A stretch of DNA of 64,000 nucleotides from a virus (taxonomy: Duplodnaviria; Caudoviricetes), in IMG/VR virus record IMGVR_UViG_3300042542_006078, one strand, 5' to 3'. Below the pieces are notes generated by a model. It was given only the letters and a program-made list of their open reading frames with translations. It had not been told where the DNA came from and searched no databases. Position numbers and translations under genes: made by a program. This document shows positions 37,109-47,422 of the stretch, in pieces. Within the stretch, counting starts at the first letter, position 1. Each line of letters opens with the position of its first letter.

Positions 37109-39238
37109 ATGACATTTGTATCACATAAAGATTTTCAATCTCTAAAGAAAAAAGTTGACACAATTGTCAATCAAATGGGAGGACTTAATTATGATATGAG
37201 ACAAGTTGTTCGTGCAGAAATTTTGTCAAATTCCAAAGTAATTGACCAGTCACAAATGCAATATGGTCTTTATACGGCTTTGTGTGTTGACACTTTGGAT
37301 ATATGGAAGCAGAACAGAATTCGTTTTTATTCGCCTCTTTTTCAGAACCCTCAAATGAAAGTTGAACAACTTCCTTGGGCTAATGCAGTAAGCGCCATGG
37401 GAGGATTTGATGATACCGGATTGACATGGGTTCCTCCAGCAGGATCAACTGTTGTCATTATGTTTGAAAATGGTAGTCGTAGTTCTCCTTATTACCTTGG
37501 AACAACATGGCATCGAGATCGTGGTCCTAGTGGTCAACATACTTGGGGCTACAACATAAATGAATATTATAAAATATGGGAAGGAACAAGAAATGGTTAT
37601 TTAGTGGGACCAGACGATGGATCTCAAGTTTTGCCTCCTTGGAATACTGAAAACTATAATGGTTTTGATCTCACATCAGTAATTGACTTTAATTCCAATC
37701 CAGAAGCACAAAGGCTTTTGACATATCCAAACATATACGGATTCAAAACTCCAGAAAAGCATATGATTAAGATGGTCGATGGAGACCCTAAGTGTAATAG
37801 AAAGTGGAAAAGATTTGAAATCATGTCCAGTTGTGGAAACTGGATTATGTTAAAAGACGATCATTTGCATTATGCCGGTCAGTGGGCTCACCCTGATTGC
37901 GGAGGAGTGGTCAAAGAAGGTGAAACAAGTTGTGTTGAAGATGCTTACACGCAGAATCAAATTGACAACATATCATCTGGAGGAACAATTGAACAAGCAC
38001 AAAATACAACAGACTTGAGTCCCGAGTCTGGAAAAAAACTTGAAGAAAATTCTTGTGAAGGAAAAAAGAGCAACAAAAAAATCATTGGAGGACACCCAAA
38101 CACAGGTTCTCCCAGATCAACATATTACAAAAAACAAATAGGTTCTAATCCTTTTTTTAAGCAAAGGCAGGAGTGTCGTCCTTACAAGGGTCCGCCTACT
38201 CCGCAGAATAATTCTGCTGATTTACCGCAAAGTGGAATTCAGATTCAATCAATATCTGGTCATTCTTTCGTAATGGATGACTCAGTTGAGGAACCAAGTG
38301 GTTCACCGACATGGGACAGAGAATTTGATTTTGGTTGCAACAACAAGTATGTTGGAAGAAGTTATTGGAAGTCGGCAACTGGACATAGCATAGAATTAAG
38401 TGATGTTGAAGGTGAGTCTGGTAGTGACAAAGGTGCAATTCGTGGTGAAGATAATTACATTAGGATAAAAACAGCTACTGGCAATAAAATTGAACTGAAT
38501 GACCACACTCAATCCGAGCCAGATTGCAAGGGTTGTCCTCCCAATATTGCTGGAGAGAGAAGAGGTATTCTTCTTCAAAGCACTAGTAATCACATTATTC
38601 AAATGTCTGATGAAGGCAATGAACAATGTGGACCATGTCGAGTCGAAGGCGGGAATCCTGTAGCCAAAGCAAAGAAAGCCTTTGTCAAGATTCGTTCTGG
38701 TTATGGTCTTGAGATGAGTTTTAATGATGATTCAAATCAGGAAACTGCGGAAAACCAAAACATTCAGATATATTGTCCTCACAAGCAAAATGTGAATGGA
38801 CCTCATATTTTCAGGATGCAGGAAGCAACTGATCCCTCACCCGGATTAGTATTTCTGAGAGTTGGTGGCAACTACATTAACATGACCGCAATTAACCATT
38901 ATACGATTGTCGGAACAAATGAAGACAGTAGTTTAATTGAGTTTGTAACAAAGTATAACTTGGTTTATTCCAAAGATGCTTACATGAATATTACTGATAC
39001 ATCTCATTTATTTTTGGCGAAAGATAAAATTATTCTTTTGGCTGGTACTGACTGTCCAGACCCAGAGGGAGGCCCTTCTGGACCATGTTTAGCTCCTGTT
39101 TGTGTTCTTAAGGATGGTGCTATTAGAGCTAGTGATCGTGTTTTTGCAAGTGCATCTCCCGATGCTACGGTTTTGAGTATGTTTCAGTTGAAACCATTCT
39201 ATAAAGAACCTCCAACAACTCCACCGACTACTGGATAA
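37109..39238 (+). CDS. Baseplate central spike (gp5/VgrG OB-fold)
   Basis: YTALCVDTLD...RIRF...LPWA...GLTWVPPAGSTVVIMFENG..SSPYYLG, then repeated SGH/TGH beta-helix units (SISGHSFVMDD, ATGHSIELSD). No lysozyme motif seen. Confidence 0.85.
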   Translation: MTFVSHKDFQSLKKKVDTIVNQMGGLNYDMRQVVRAEILSNSKVIDQSQMQYGLYTALCVDTLDIWKQNRIRFYSPLFQNPQMKVEQLPWANAVSAMGGFDDTGLTWVPPAGSTVVIMFENGSRSSPYYLGTTWHRDRGPSGQHTWGYNINEYYKIWEGTRNGYLVGPDDGSQVLPPWNTENYNGFDLTSVIDFNSNPEAQRLLTYPNIYGFKTPEKHMIKMVDGDPKCNRKWKRFEIMSSCGNWIMLKDDHLHYAGQWAHPDCGGVVKEGETSCVEDAYTQNQIDNISSGGTIEQAQNTTDLSPESGKKLEENSCEGKKSNKKIIGGHPNTGSPRSTYYKKQIGSNPFFKQRQECRPYKGPPTPQNNSADLPQSGIQIQSISGHSFVMDDSVEEPSGSPTWDREFDFGCNNKYVGRSYWKSATGHSIELSDVEGESGSDKGAIRGEDNYIRIKTATGNKIELNDHTQSEPDCKGCPPNIAGERRGILLQSTSNHIIQMSDEGNEQCGPCRVEGGNPVAKAKKAFVKIRSGYGLEMSFNDDSNQETAENQNIQIYCPHKQNVNGPHIFRMQEATDPSPGLVFLRVGGNYINMTAINHYTIVGTNEDSSLIEFVTKYNLVYSKDAYMNITDTSHLFLAKDKIILLAGTDCPDPEGGPSGPCLAPVCVLKDGAIRASDRVFASASPDATVLSMFQLKPFYKEPPTTPPTTG

Positions 39239-39325
39239 ATAATTTGTTGTACAAGTTTGTAAGATTGATAAATAAAAAGTATTTTAGGAAAACCGTCATA
39301 ATTTGGCGGGAGGAAATAATATAAT

Positions 39326-39742
39326 ATGGCTACATTTGGCGGTGTTCCCTACCCAACAGTAAAAACACCAAGGGGTTATTGGTATTCACAGACTGGAAGC
39401 AGTCAGATCAAGTCTGATTTGCTTTGTCTTCTTTTGACAAATCCGGGTGAAAGGGTAATGATTCCAGATTTTGGCACTCCTCTTAAAAAACTATTATTTG
39501 AGCAAAATGATGTTGTTTTGAGGAATGAAGTGAAAAGAGTTATATCTTCTGCTATAAAAAAGTGGGAGCCTAGAATTGTTGTGCAAAATATTGAGGTTTC
39601 TTCTCAAATTGACGAAAATTCTTTGAATAATGATGATGACAGAAGCTCTATAGATAGCATTATATCTGTTAAAATAATTTTCGTTGATCCACAGAATATT
39701 AAACAGGTGGAACAACTTGTACTTGAAATTCCACTAAGTTAG
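39326..39742 (+). CDS. gp25/gpW-like baseplate wedge, sheath initiator
   Basis: IKSDLLCLLLTNPGERVMIPDFGTPLKKLLFE...IKKWEPRI. Confidence 0.92.
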   Translation: MATFGGVPYPTVKTPRGYWYSQTGSSQIKSDLLCLLLTNPGERVMIPDFGTPLKKLLFEQNDVVLRNEVKRVISSAIKKWEPRIVVQNIEVSSQIDENSLNNDDDRSSIDSIISVKIIFVDPQNIKQVEQLVLEIPLS

Positions 39743-39750
39743 GAGAAAAA

Positions 39751-41310
39751 ATGGCGACAAACAATAATTGCCCATTTGATATTACGCCATATACTCAGTC
39801 TCAACTGATTACAACGCCTAGTATTTTCAGCCTCAATTATACAAACCAAGATTTTTGGAGCATGAAGACCCGTCTTGTTGAATTTATCAGGCAGAAATTC
39901 AGCACGGATTTTTCTGACTTTGTTGAGTCATCTTTGGCGATGATGTTAATTGAAAACTGGGCTTTTCTTGCTGACACATTGTCTTTCAAGATGGATCAGA
40001 TTGCTAATGAAATTTTCATTGACACGGTAACAGAGCTTGAGAATGCCTTCAGGTTGGCTAATTTGGTTGGTTATCAGCCACAACCTCCAATAGCAGCCAG
40101 ATCATTGTGGACTGCAACCTTGAATAATCCTGTTTTAAGCGATGTTCCAATACCAGCGCCATTTGATGTTCAGATCAATGCTGGAGGAACAGCAATAACT
40201 GTTGAGCTATTCCCAGCAGATTCAGAAAACAACCCTATTTTTGATGAGGACATCATTATTCCGGCTGGCAATCTTGTTAATGCAAGCATAGTTGGTCTTG
40301 AGGGCAAAACAAGAAATATCTTGATTGCTGGAACAGGTGCTGTTGGACAAGTAATAACCTTGGGACAAAACCCTGTTATTTTTGATTCGATCAGGGTTTA
40401 TGTTGACGGAATCAAATGGGACCAAGTGCCTTATTTCACAGATTCACAACCAAGAAGAGAATACAGGATTGAATATGATTCAACATATACGGCTTATGTA
40501 ATTTTTGGAAATAATCAAACTGGTTTGGTTCCAAATAGTGGAAGTAACATTCGTGTGATTTACAGACAGGGAGGCGGAACTGTAGGAAACATTGTAAGTG
40601 GAACTATTGAAAAGCAGGCAATCATCAATGTGCCGGGAATTCCATATGGAATTCCAATTGTTATGAGAAATTATACTAGAGGTGAATTTGGATATGATGG
40701 GGACACTATTGACGATATCAGACTTAAGCTTCCAGCTTGGGTAAGGTCTCAAAACAGGGCTGTTACTGGTTTGGATTACAAGACATTGACTGATCAATTT
40801 TCAACTCCATATCAGGGTCAAATTGGAAAAAGCACGGCTGTACTAAGAAACAGTGGATGTTCTGGCAACATTGTTGATATTTATATTTTGGCCAGAAATG
40901 GCATAGATGGTCTTCAAGAGGCAGGACCAGACTTGAAAGTTGCTTTAGAAAGATATCTTAATGATGTAAAAATGATTACTGATTTTATTTGTATAAGAAA
41001 TGGATTCATTATACCAGTAGACATAAATATAGACATTGTAATGGACAGGCTTTATAGAAAGTTTGAAGAAGAATTTAGGGTAAAAATACAGAGAAGACTT
41101 GATCAATTTTTTGCAATATCCAATTGGGAATTTGGTGAGCAATTGAAGGAAATCGATATTACAAAGACTCTGTCGGATTTGAAAGAAATAACAAGTATTG
41201 ATGTATCTTTCACAACAGACAATCCTAATAATAGCGGCAATATAGTCAACTCAAGATTCTTTGAGATTATAAGGCCAGATGTGACAACGATCACATTTAC
41301 ATTTGAGTAA
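39751..41310 (+). CDS. Baseplate wedge gp6/gpJ-like
   Basis: DFSDFVESSLAMMLIE..A...SFKMD...E.FIDT; YRQGGGTVGN; QNRAVTGLDY. Confidence 0.9.
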   Translation: MATNNNCPFDITPYTQSQLITTPSIFSLNYTNQDFWSMKTRLVEFIRQKFSTDFSDFVESSLAMMLIENWAFLADTLSFKMDQIANEIFIDTVTELENAFRLANLVGYQPQPPIAARSLWTATLNNPVLSDVPIPAPFDVQINAGGTAITVELFPADSENNPIFDEDIIIPAGNLVNASIVGLEGKTRNILIAGTGAVGQVITLGQNPVIFDSIRVYVDGIKWDQVPYFTDSQPRREYRIEYDSTYTAYVIFGNNQTGLVPNSGSNIRVIYRQGGGTVGNIVSGTIEKQAIINVPGIPYGIPIVMRNYTRGEFGYDGDTIDDIRLKLPAWVRSQNRAVTGLDYKTLTDQFSTPYQGQIGKSTAVLRNSGCSGNIVDIYILARNGIDGLQEAGPDLKVALERYLNDVKMITDFICIRNGFIIPVDINIDIVMDRLYRKFEEEFRVKIQRRLDQFFAISNWEFGEQLKEIDITKTLSDLKEITSIDVSFTTDNPNNSGNIVNSRFFEIIRPDVTTITFTFE

Positions 41311-41313
41311 GGA

Positions 41314-44300
41314 GTGATGGTGGCAATAGTCGATCTTGAAAAAAATCCCACAATAACCGACACTGTCAGGTTTCGTCTTTTGACACCTGATTATAACGGT
41401 TGCTTTTTGACGATGCCGTACAAGTTTGACAGCATCACCATTTACTTTGTTGAAAGAGATTTTTCTAGTGGAAACACAAGCGCATACAATGAAAAAAGCT
41501 ATGATCCAAAGAAAATTGCTTCAGCAGAAGAGCTTGAGGCGACAGCTTGTGCAAACCCAACATCAGATAATATAGCAGCAGCGAAAAGGGCAAGAGCATT
41601 AGCCGAACAAACTGTTGCTTCATCTTTTTTTTATTTTAATCAAGCCAATCCAATAAAAATTGTTGGTAAAAATACTGAACCAGCTTGGATTACTGGTCAT
41701 GAAATAACTGGAATAAGTGCAACAAATCCTGTTGTAATAACATCAGCAAGTCACGGCTTAAACACAGGCGATACAGTTTACATATACGCAACAAATTCCG
41801 CCCCTCCAGTTGACGGCGAATATGAAATAACATATTTAACATCGAATACTTTTTCAATTGATTTTGATTTAAGCGATCCAAGTTATACTGCCGGTACGGA
41901 CGGCATGTGGTTCACATCACTGGAAAACAGCAATAATTTTGTTCAGCCTGTAGTTGTCAACAATCAGACAACAATTGGCCTTTTTGAGTATCTTTGGGAG
42001 CCAAGGGGAGTTAGAGAGGGTGACTATTTCATTTGTTGGAAGTGGACACCATTGGTGGGTGGAGATTCAATTTCTTCTCACATTAAGTTTAGTTTATCTG
42101 GAAACACGCATGTAACAACAAGTATACCAACTCATTTTACAAATCCTGAAAAATACAAAACTTTGTTAGAAAAGTATACTCCAGAAATGTTCAAAACACT
42201 CATTTCTGATGTTGATGAAACACCATCTGTAATTGACAGGTTCAATCAATCAGTGGCTCTTGGATTTACAACTCTTGAAAACTTAGCCAATCAGATTGTT
42301 GACCTTCAAGATCCAAATGTCATAGCAGAACCACTATTGCCTTATTTGTCAAATTTGTTCAATTTGAAATTAAAAAGCAATGATCCGACAAGATGGCGTG
42401 GACAAATAGCAAGAGCAATTCCTCTTTTCAAAAATAAAGGAACAAGGAATGCGTTAGAAGAATCGTTTGGTCATGCAGGAATGAAACTTGTTTCATATAA
42501 GCCATTGTGGCAAGTTGTTTCAAGGTATACATGGCAAGAATCATTTACATATGAAGGCATAATTTATGCTTGGGAATTAGAAAAAGTTTTAATTGAACCT
42601 ATTGATCTAAATAATTTTTATTTGTGGATAAGACCTTATAATTCAGACGCATATACGATATTGACATCTAGTTATGTGTCATTCTCAACAGTAGATGGCA
42701 TAACAACTATGACTTGGGTTGGTGATACTCTTTCAGTTGATCCAATTACATTGATTTCTGGAGATACAATTAGAGTTTTGTATCAATATTCAACAATTCC
42801 AAGTCCTGTTGAACAAGATTTGGAAAATTATGTTAGAACTCTTGAGTTAATAGACAAGCGTGACGAAAGAAGTCAAATATATCCTTTGAAGAATTGGAAT
42901 GTTCGTGGAATTGAACAAGACGATGTTTTATTTAATTTGATTGTTCCTTCAAGAAATCCATTTCATGATTTCTTAATTTTTGGCCAGATAAGGACTGAAT
43001 TTCCTTATTCGGAAAACATTTACAATATGGAAGAGTACAACGGTAGTATTAGAAATTCCAAGGTTCCTTGCGACATAGGAAGGGAATTTGTTGATCCTTG
43101 TTCATCCTGCATAAGCAGTAGTTATAACATAGATGTTCAAATAGACGCATTGTCAAATGATAGAATAAATGAGTTTTATGAAGTTTTGGCAGAAAACATG
43201 CCATTTCATGCTTTGTTGAATACTGTAAATTTCTATGGAGGACTACAAGAATTCATTGCTTCTCCACAAGAAACCATTGAATGCTTAGTAAAGGTTGCTC
43301 AACTGCAATATTGCATTTCTGGAGAAGGTCAGACTTATTTCAATAGATCTATGAGACTCAGCAATCTTAATGACCTTCCAAATAGCCAATGCATCTTTAG
43401 AAATGAACTTGCAACAAAAACACAAGTTGTAACATCGGCTACAGCTACTGCCTATAACTCCGACATCGTTGTTTATTGTCCAAGTCAACCATTAGCTGGA
43501 TTTGCAATAAGGGGCGATCATAGTGCAATATTGCAAATTCTTGATGGTGCATATCAAGGTTCTTATATAGTATACGGCGTTGATGACAGAATTGTTTATT
43601 TCAATACTTCACCAACAGAGCCAATTGATGGGTGCAATAACATATTCTCGTGGTCTGGATCATTGAGTACATGTTCATTTCCTTTCAGAATCATTAATCC
43701 AATTATTGACAATTACAACTATGGATCTTTGTGCAATATAATTCAGGACAATCTTGTTGTATTTGGCGATTCTTCTAAGGATTTTGGATTACTTGGCATC
43801 AAGTCGCAATTTGATGTTAATCAAGGAACTGCTTTATCTGCTTATGAAATTTCTATTCCCGCTTACGGACTAACAAATTATACAATATTGAATGTTGATC
43901 CTAGCGGAAATTTAACTATAGATTATGACAGTACTCTTCCTTCTTCTTCCTCTACAAATATAAGCTACACAATTTATAACGGTGCTACTCCAGTTACCAC
44001 AGGAACATTAGGTTTTCTAACTGTTACCACCAGAGGCCGGGTTACAGTTTTGAATTCGTCTTTGCTACCAATAAGCAGCATGATAACTGGACCAAATTTT
44101 TATCATAATGTTAGTTCAATTGATTATGAAATATCCAGTTTGGTTGATGGAACAACAGACCAGTTTTATATAAGCGGTTATAATGGTGGTACTATAGCTG
44201 GACTTAATATGGTTATCACTAAAAGAATGGTTGACAATGTCATTGGCTACATGAGTCATCGTGGCATGAACATTCAATTTTCTGGAATTGACTACGAAAC

Positions 44301-44769
44301 AAGCCTTGGAATTCAAGATGGATCAAACAATATTTTACCATATGTTGATCCTGTAGTAAATAATTTCATGGCTAATTATATTGTCGAAGTTGATGGTGTA
44401 AATTATTGGATGTCGGGTATTAACGGAAATAGTCCAGCAGGCGATACTACAATAAATTTAAGTGGTCCTGACATTTATTGGAGAACTTTGCTAAACGGAG
44501 GAACATCAGTTACAGTCAATATGTATAAATACAATAGCTTGGGATCAACGATTCCCGGCCAACAATCAGGTCAACCAACTCATACTTTCCAAAAGCTGGA
44601 TAGATCAGGAAGTCCTAATGTTACTGGGACAAATGAGTTGAATGATGCGATAGTCGCTTCTCTGAGTGTTGAAGATCAGGGAATGCCGAAGGAAAACATA
44701 AAGCAGAAAGAATCAATCTCGTATAAAATTGTTTATTCCAATGGAAGCGGAGAAGAAGGCACACTATGA
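41314..44769 (+). CDS. Large baseplate wedge subunit (gp7/gpI-like)
   Basis: LLPYLSNLF...WRGQIARAIPLFKNKGTRNALE is a tail-I-like motif; beta-rich domains; follows gp6. Confidence 0.7.
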   Translation: MMVAIVDLEKNPTITDTVRFRLLTPDYNGCFLTMPYKFDSITIYFVERDFSSGNTSAYNEKSYDPKKIASAEELEATACANPTSDNIAAAKRARALAEQTVASSFFYFNQANPIKIVGKNTEPAWITGHEITGISATNPVVITSASHGLNTGDTVYIYATNSAPPVDGEYEITYLTSNTFSIDFDLSDPSYTAGTDGMWFTSLENSNNFVQPVVVNNQTTIGLFEYLWEPRGVREGDYFICWKWTPLVGGDSISSHIKFSLSGNTHVTTSIPTHFTNPEKYKTLLEKYTPEMFKTLISDVDETPSVIDRFNQSVALGFTTLENLANQIVDLQDPNVIAEPLLPYLSNLFNLKLKSNDPTRWRGQIARAIPLFKNKGTRNALEESFGHAGMKLVSYKPLWQVVSRYTWQESFTYEGIIYAWELEKVLIEPIDLNNFYLWIRPYNSDAYTILTSSYVSFSTVDGITTMTWVGDTLSVDPITLISGDTIRVLYQYSTIPSPVEQDLENYVRTLELIDKRDERSQIYPLKNWNVRGIEQDDVLFNLIVPSRNPFHDFLIFGQIRTEFPYSENIYNMEEYNGSIRNSKVPCDIGREFVDPCSSCISSSYNIDVQIDALSNDRINEFYEVLAENMPFHALLNTVNFYGGLQEFIASPQETIECLVKVAQLQYCISGEGQTYFNRSMRLSNLNDLPNSQCIFRNELATKTQVVTSATATAYNSDIVVYCPSQPLAGFAIRGDHSAILQILDGAYQGSYIVYGVDDRIVYFNTSPTEPIDGCNNIFSWSGSLSTCSFPFRIINPIIDNYNYGSLCNIIQDNLVVFGDSSKDFGLLGIKSQFDVNQGTALSAYEISIPAYGLTNYTILNVDPSGNLTIDYDSTLPSSSSTNISYTIYNGATPVTTGTLGFLTVTTRGRVTVLNSSLLPISSMITGPNFYHNVSSIDYEISSLVDGTTDQFYISGYNGGTIAGLNMVITKRMVDNVIGYMSHRGMNIQFSGIDYETSLGIQDGSNNILPYVDPVVNNFMANYIVEVDGVNYWMSGINGNSPAGDTTINLSGPDIYWRTLLNGGTSVTVNMYKYNSLGSTIPGQQSGQPTHTFQKLDRSGSPNVTGTNELNDAIVASLSVEDQGMPKENIKQKESISYKIVYSNGSGEEGTL

Positions 44770-45248
44770 AAGATCTAATTAACAGTATCAAGACCCGTGG
44801 CGATGTGCAGATGATAATAGATTATGCTTGTGGAAAGCGTGAGATTATTGAGTTTCCAAACACGGTATTAAATAATGGTCGTGAAGCTCTAGCTGCTTCT
44901 CTCGGAAACAAATTTACTGGAAATTATAGTTTCTACATTAACAGGATGATTTTTGGAACTGGTGGAACTACTGGCGGAAATGTAAAATTCGTTGATGCTG
45001 GTAGAAATGGTTTGTTTTGTGGTTCTCCAGTTTCATCAAAGCCCGTCATATCCGCAATTGATCCTAATGTTAATTCGCAGATAATTTTGACCTCTGTTTT
45101 GGCAACTGGTGATGCAGTTGGCGAAACTCTCAACGAGATGGCATTACAAATGGCCACTGGTGATTTGTACAGTATGGTTACATTTCCTGATTTGACTAAA
45201 ACAGATCAGATGAGTATCATTTGGAATTGGACTCTAAGCTTTATCTAA
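44766..45248 (+). CDS. Baseplate/tail-fibre attachment domain protein
   Basis: NTVLNNGREALA...LNEMAL...YSMVTFPDLTKT...WTLSF resembles tail-collar/fibre N-terminal domains. Confidence 0.6.
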   Translation: MKDLINSIKTRGDVQMIIDYACGKREIIEFPNTVLNNGREALAASLGNKFTGNYSFYINRMIFGTGGTTGGNVKFVDAGRNGLFCGSPVSSKPVISAIDPNVNSQIILTSVLATGDAVGETLNEMALQMATGDLYSMVTFPDLTKTDQMSIIWNWTLSFI

Positions 45249-45263
45249 TATTGAAGGGGGAAA

Positions 45264-46100
45264 ATGCCTGACTTAAATGGTTTACCAGTTCCACAATACA
45301 ATGCTGGCCAGCCTTATCACTGGGAATATGACAATCTGCCTTTGCAAACATTGGCTGATAGGGATGATCTGATCAATGCTGTTGTAGACACTCATCAAGA
45401 GATTTTAAGAAATAGTGCTGGCACTGTAGGAACATTGGCTAATCGTCTTGATCAATCGATTCAAGATGATGGTAATTTGCTTACTAGTGCTGTTAATGAT
45501 GCCTTGCACAATATTGCAAAACATACAGATGGTAGTACTACCGTTTCTGGTTCTGATCTTACAGATTACCAAAATCTTGGTTATGTGACAGTAAGCAATC
45601 CTGTTCCTTTTGTGAGGATGCTAGAGGCGGAGAGAGATAAGCTTTCTCTTGTTGCAGATGAAGCCACTAAGTTGTTGGTTGATGTCAACACGCCATCTCT
45701 TGTTTATACATTCGGTGATGGTGGTATTGACAATCTTGTCTTGGCTGAGTCAACTAGTATTGGATGGACATTTGAAGGCCCGAATAGCGTAAAGCCGGAA
45801 ATTAAATTTTCTATTGCTTTTGCCCATCGTCATTATTATGATTTAGAACCAATAACTAGCAATTACATCAATTTTCAGGTCAATAGCCCATCTACTCCAT
45901 ACATGGAAGACAGTTTGCGAGTTTATATCAATGGTGTGAGACTTAATTCAGAGTATAATGTATATGTTCCAAACAACACCGTAAGCACATGGACTTCCAA
46001 TAGGTTCACTCCAAGTCATCTTGCTGGGACATTTGCGCTTGCGACTGCAATCAATGCTTCTGATATAATCAGAATTGATTTTGATGTAGCTGTAACATAG
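45264..46100 (+). CDS. Tail-associated structural protein
   Basis: N-terminal coiled segment; C-terminal SLRVYINGVRL beta domain; in the tail operon. Confidence 0.55.
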   Translation: MPDLNGLPVPQYNAGQPYHWEYDNLPLQTLADRDDLINAVVDTHQEILRNSAGTVGTLANRLDQSIQDDGNLLTSAVNDALHNIAKHTDGSTTVSGSDLTDYQNLGYVTVSNPVPFVRMLEAERDKLSLVADEATKLLVDVNTPSLVYTFGDGGIDNLVLAESTSIGWTFEGPNSVKPEIKFSIAFAHRHYYDLEPITSNYINFQVNSPSTPYMEDSLRVYINGVRLNSEYNVYVPNNTVSTWTSNRFTPSHLAGTFALATAINASDIIRIDFDVAVT

Positions 46101-46108
46101 GAGCTTGC

Positions 46109-46831
46109 ATGTCATTTATAAACTGGGTGAAGAATAGAGATAATGATCTTTATTGTGAGTTCATCTTGCAGGATGAGTATGGCAATGAAAATACAGACAG
46201 CAAAAAAGAACTTGTTGTTCTGGTCGGACCTCCAGCAGTTGGCAAAAGCACATATATAGCTCAAAAATTTCATTCAGATGATGTTTTTGTTGTAAGTCGT
46301 GATGAAATAGTTGATCGTGTATCAAAAGATTACGACATGACATATGATGATATGTTTGCATTACCTCCAAAAGATGCTTTGCCAAATACTAGCGTGGCTG
46401 GAATGGAAAAGTATGGGAATGTGCAAAAAGCTCCTTTGTGGATGAAATGGACTCCCGTGGTTTTCGATAGAGTTCAAGAAGCGAATGATAGAATAAATAA
46501 TTTATTGCAAAAAAGATTTGCTGATGCAGTAAATTCTGACCTGAATATTGTTGTTGATATGACAAACATGACAGCTTCTGTTCGCAAGAACGCTTTGAAA
46601 CATGCAGACAAAAAAGATTATTTCAAAAGAGCGGTGGTTTTTACATTTCAGGATTCTGATCTTCCTGAATTGATGAGAAGAATGAAAGAAAGAAGCGATA
46701 AGATTAGAAAGCAGGGAGGAAGCAAAACAATTGGCGAAGATGTCGTCAATAGAATGATTCAAAGTTTTGAAGCTATAGATCCGAAAGAAGGATTTGACCG
46801 AGTTGACACAATCAATACTTTTTCTGTTTGA
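46109..46831 (+). CDS. P-loop kinase, polynucleotide-kinase-like (AAA_33 type)
   Basis: VVLVGPPAVGKSTY, VVSRD, VVDMTNMTASVR, lid RMKER. Starts MSFINWVKNRD. Confidence 0.8.
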   Translation: MSFINWVKNRDNDLYCEFILQDEYGNENTDSKKELVVLVGPPAVGKSTYIAQKFHSDDVFVVSRDEIVDRVSKDYDMTYDDMFALPPKDALPNTSVAGMEKYGNVQKAPLWMKWTPVVFDRVQEANDRINNLLQKRFADAVNSDLNIVVDMTNMTASVRKNALKHADKKDYFKRAVVFTFQDSDLPELMRRMKERSDKIRKQGGSKTIGEDVVNRMIQSFEAIDPKEGFDRVDTINTFSV

Positions 46832-47412
46832 TTGTATCAAAGCATTTCTCTTATAATTACGGAGGAGTGCTTATTGTGACTATGTTTTCAAACAAAGATT
46901 TGAAAGTGTGTTTTGTAATTTTATCGCCAGATTGTGCTGTTAATCTAATCAAAAATACAGCCAGTTCGATCAAATACCACTATCCAAAATTACCTTTTAT
47001 AACAATTACGGAATCATCAGCAATCAAAGAAGATGTGGCTGAAATTAAAAAAATATGCCCTGTATACAAGGGAAATGAAACAATAAGTTCTCTTATAAAT
47101 GTTGGAATGCGCCACTCTCCTGCCGAATGGGTTTTTCTTGTAATAGCTGGAACAAATGTAAGACCAAACCTTGATTCCAAATTTTCATTCTATGTTGCAA
47201 ATGAAAAAGATATTCTTTATCCAGTTGCAAATTACAAATATAATTTTATTGATGCCACTTTGAATGGATTGTTTATAAATCGCAAAACATTCAGGGAAGT
47301 TGGAGAAATGCAGGAAAGTGGCTCTCTTGACATGGTTAAACTTGCTTGGGCAGCGGAAGCTGTCGAATATGGTTGTAAGTTCAAGGCAATAGTAGGCAGT
47401 AAAATGTGCTAA
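46828..47412 (+). CDS. Degenerate GT-A glycosyltransferase-like protein
   Basis: VCFVILSPD..., LINVGMRHSPAEWVFLV, GLFINRKTFREVG resemble GT2 elements. Confidence 0.5.
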   Translation: MIVSKHFSYNYGGVLIVTMFSNKDLKVCFVILSPDCAVNLIKNTASSIKYHYPKLPFITITESSAIKEDVAEIKKICPVYKGNETISSLINVGMRHSPAEWVFLVIAGTNVRPNLDSKFSFYVANEKDILYPVANYKYNFIDATLNGLFINRKTFREVGEMQESGSLDMVKLAWAAEAVEYGCKFKAIVGSKMC

Positions 47413-47422
47413 GGAGCATGAC

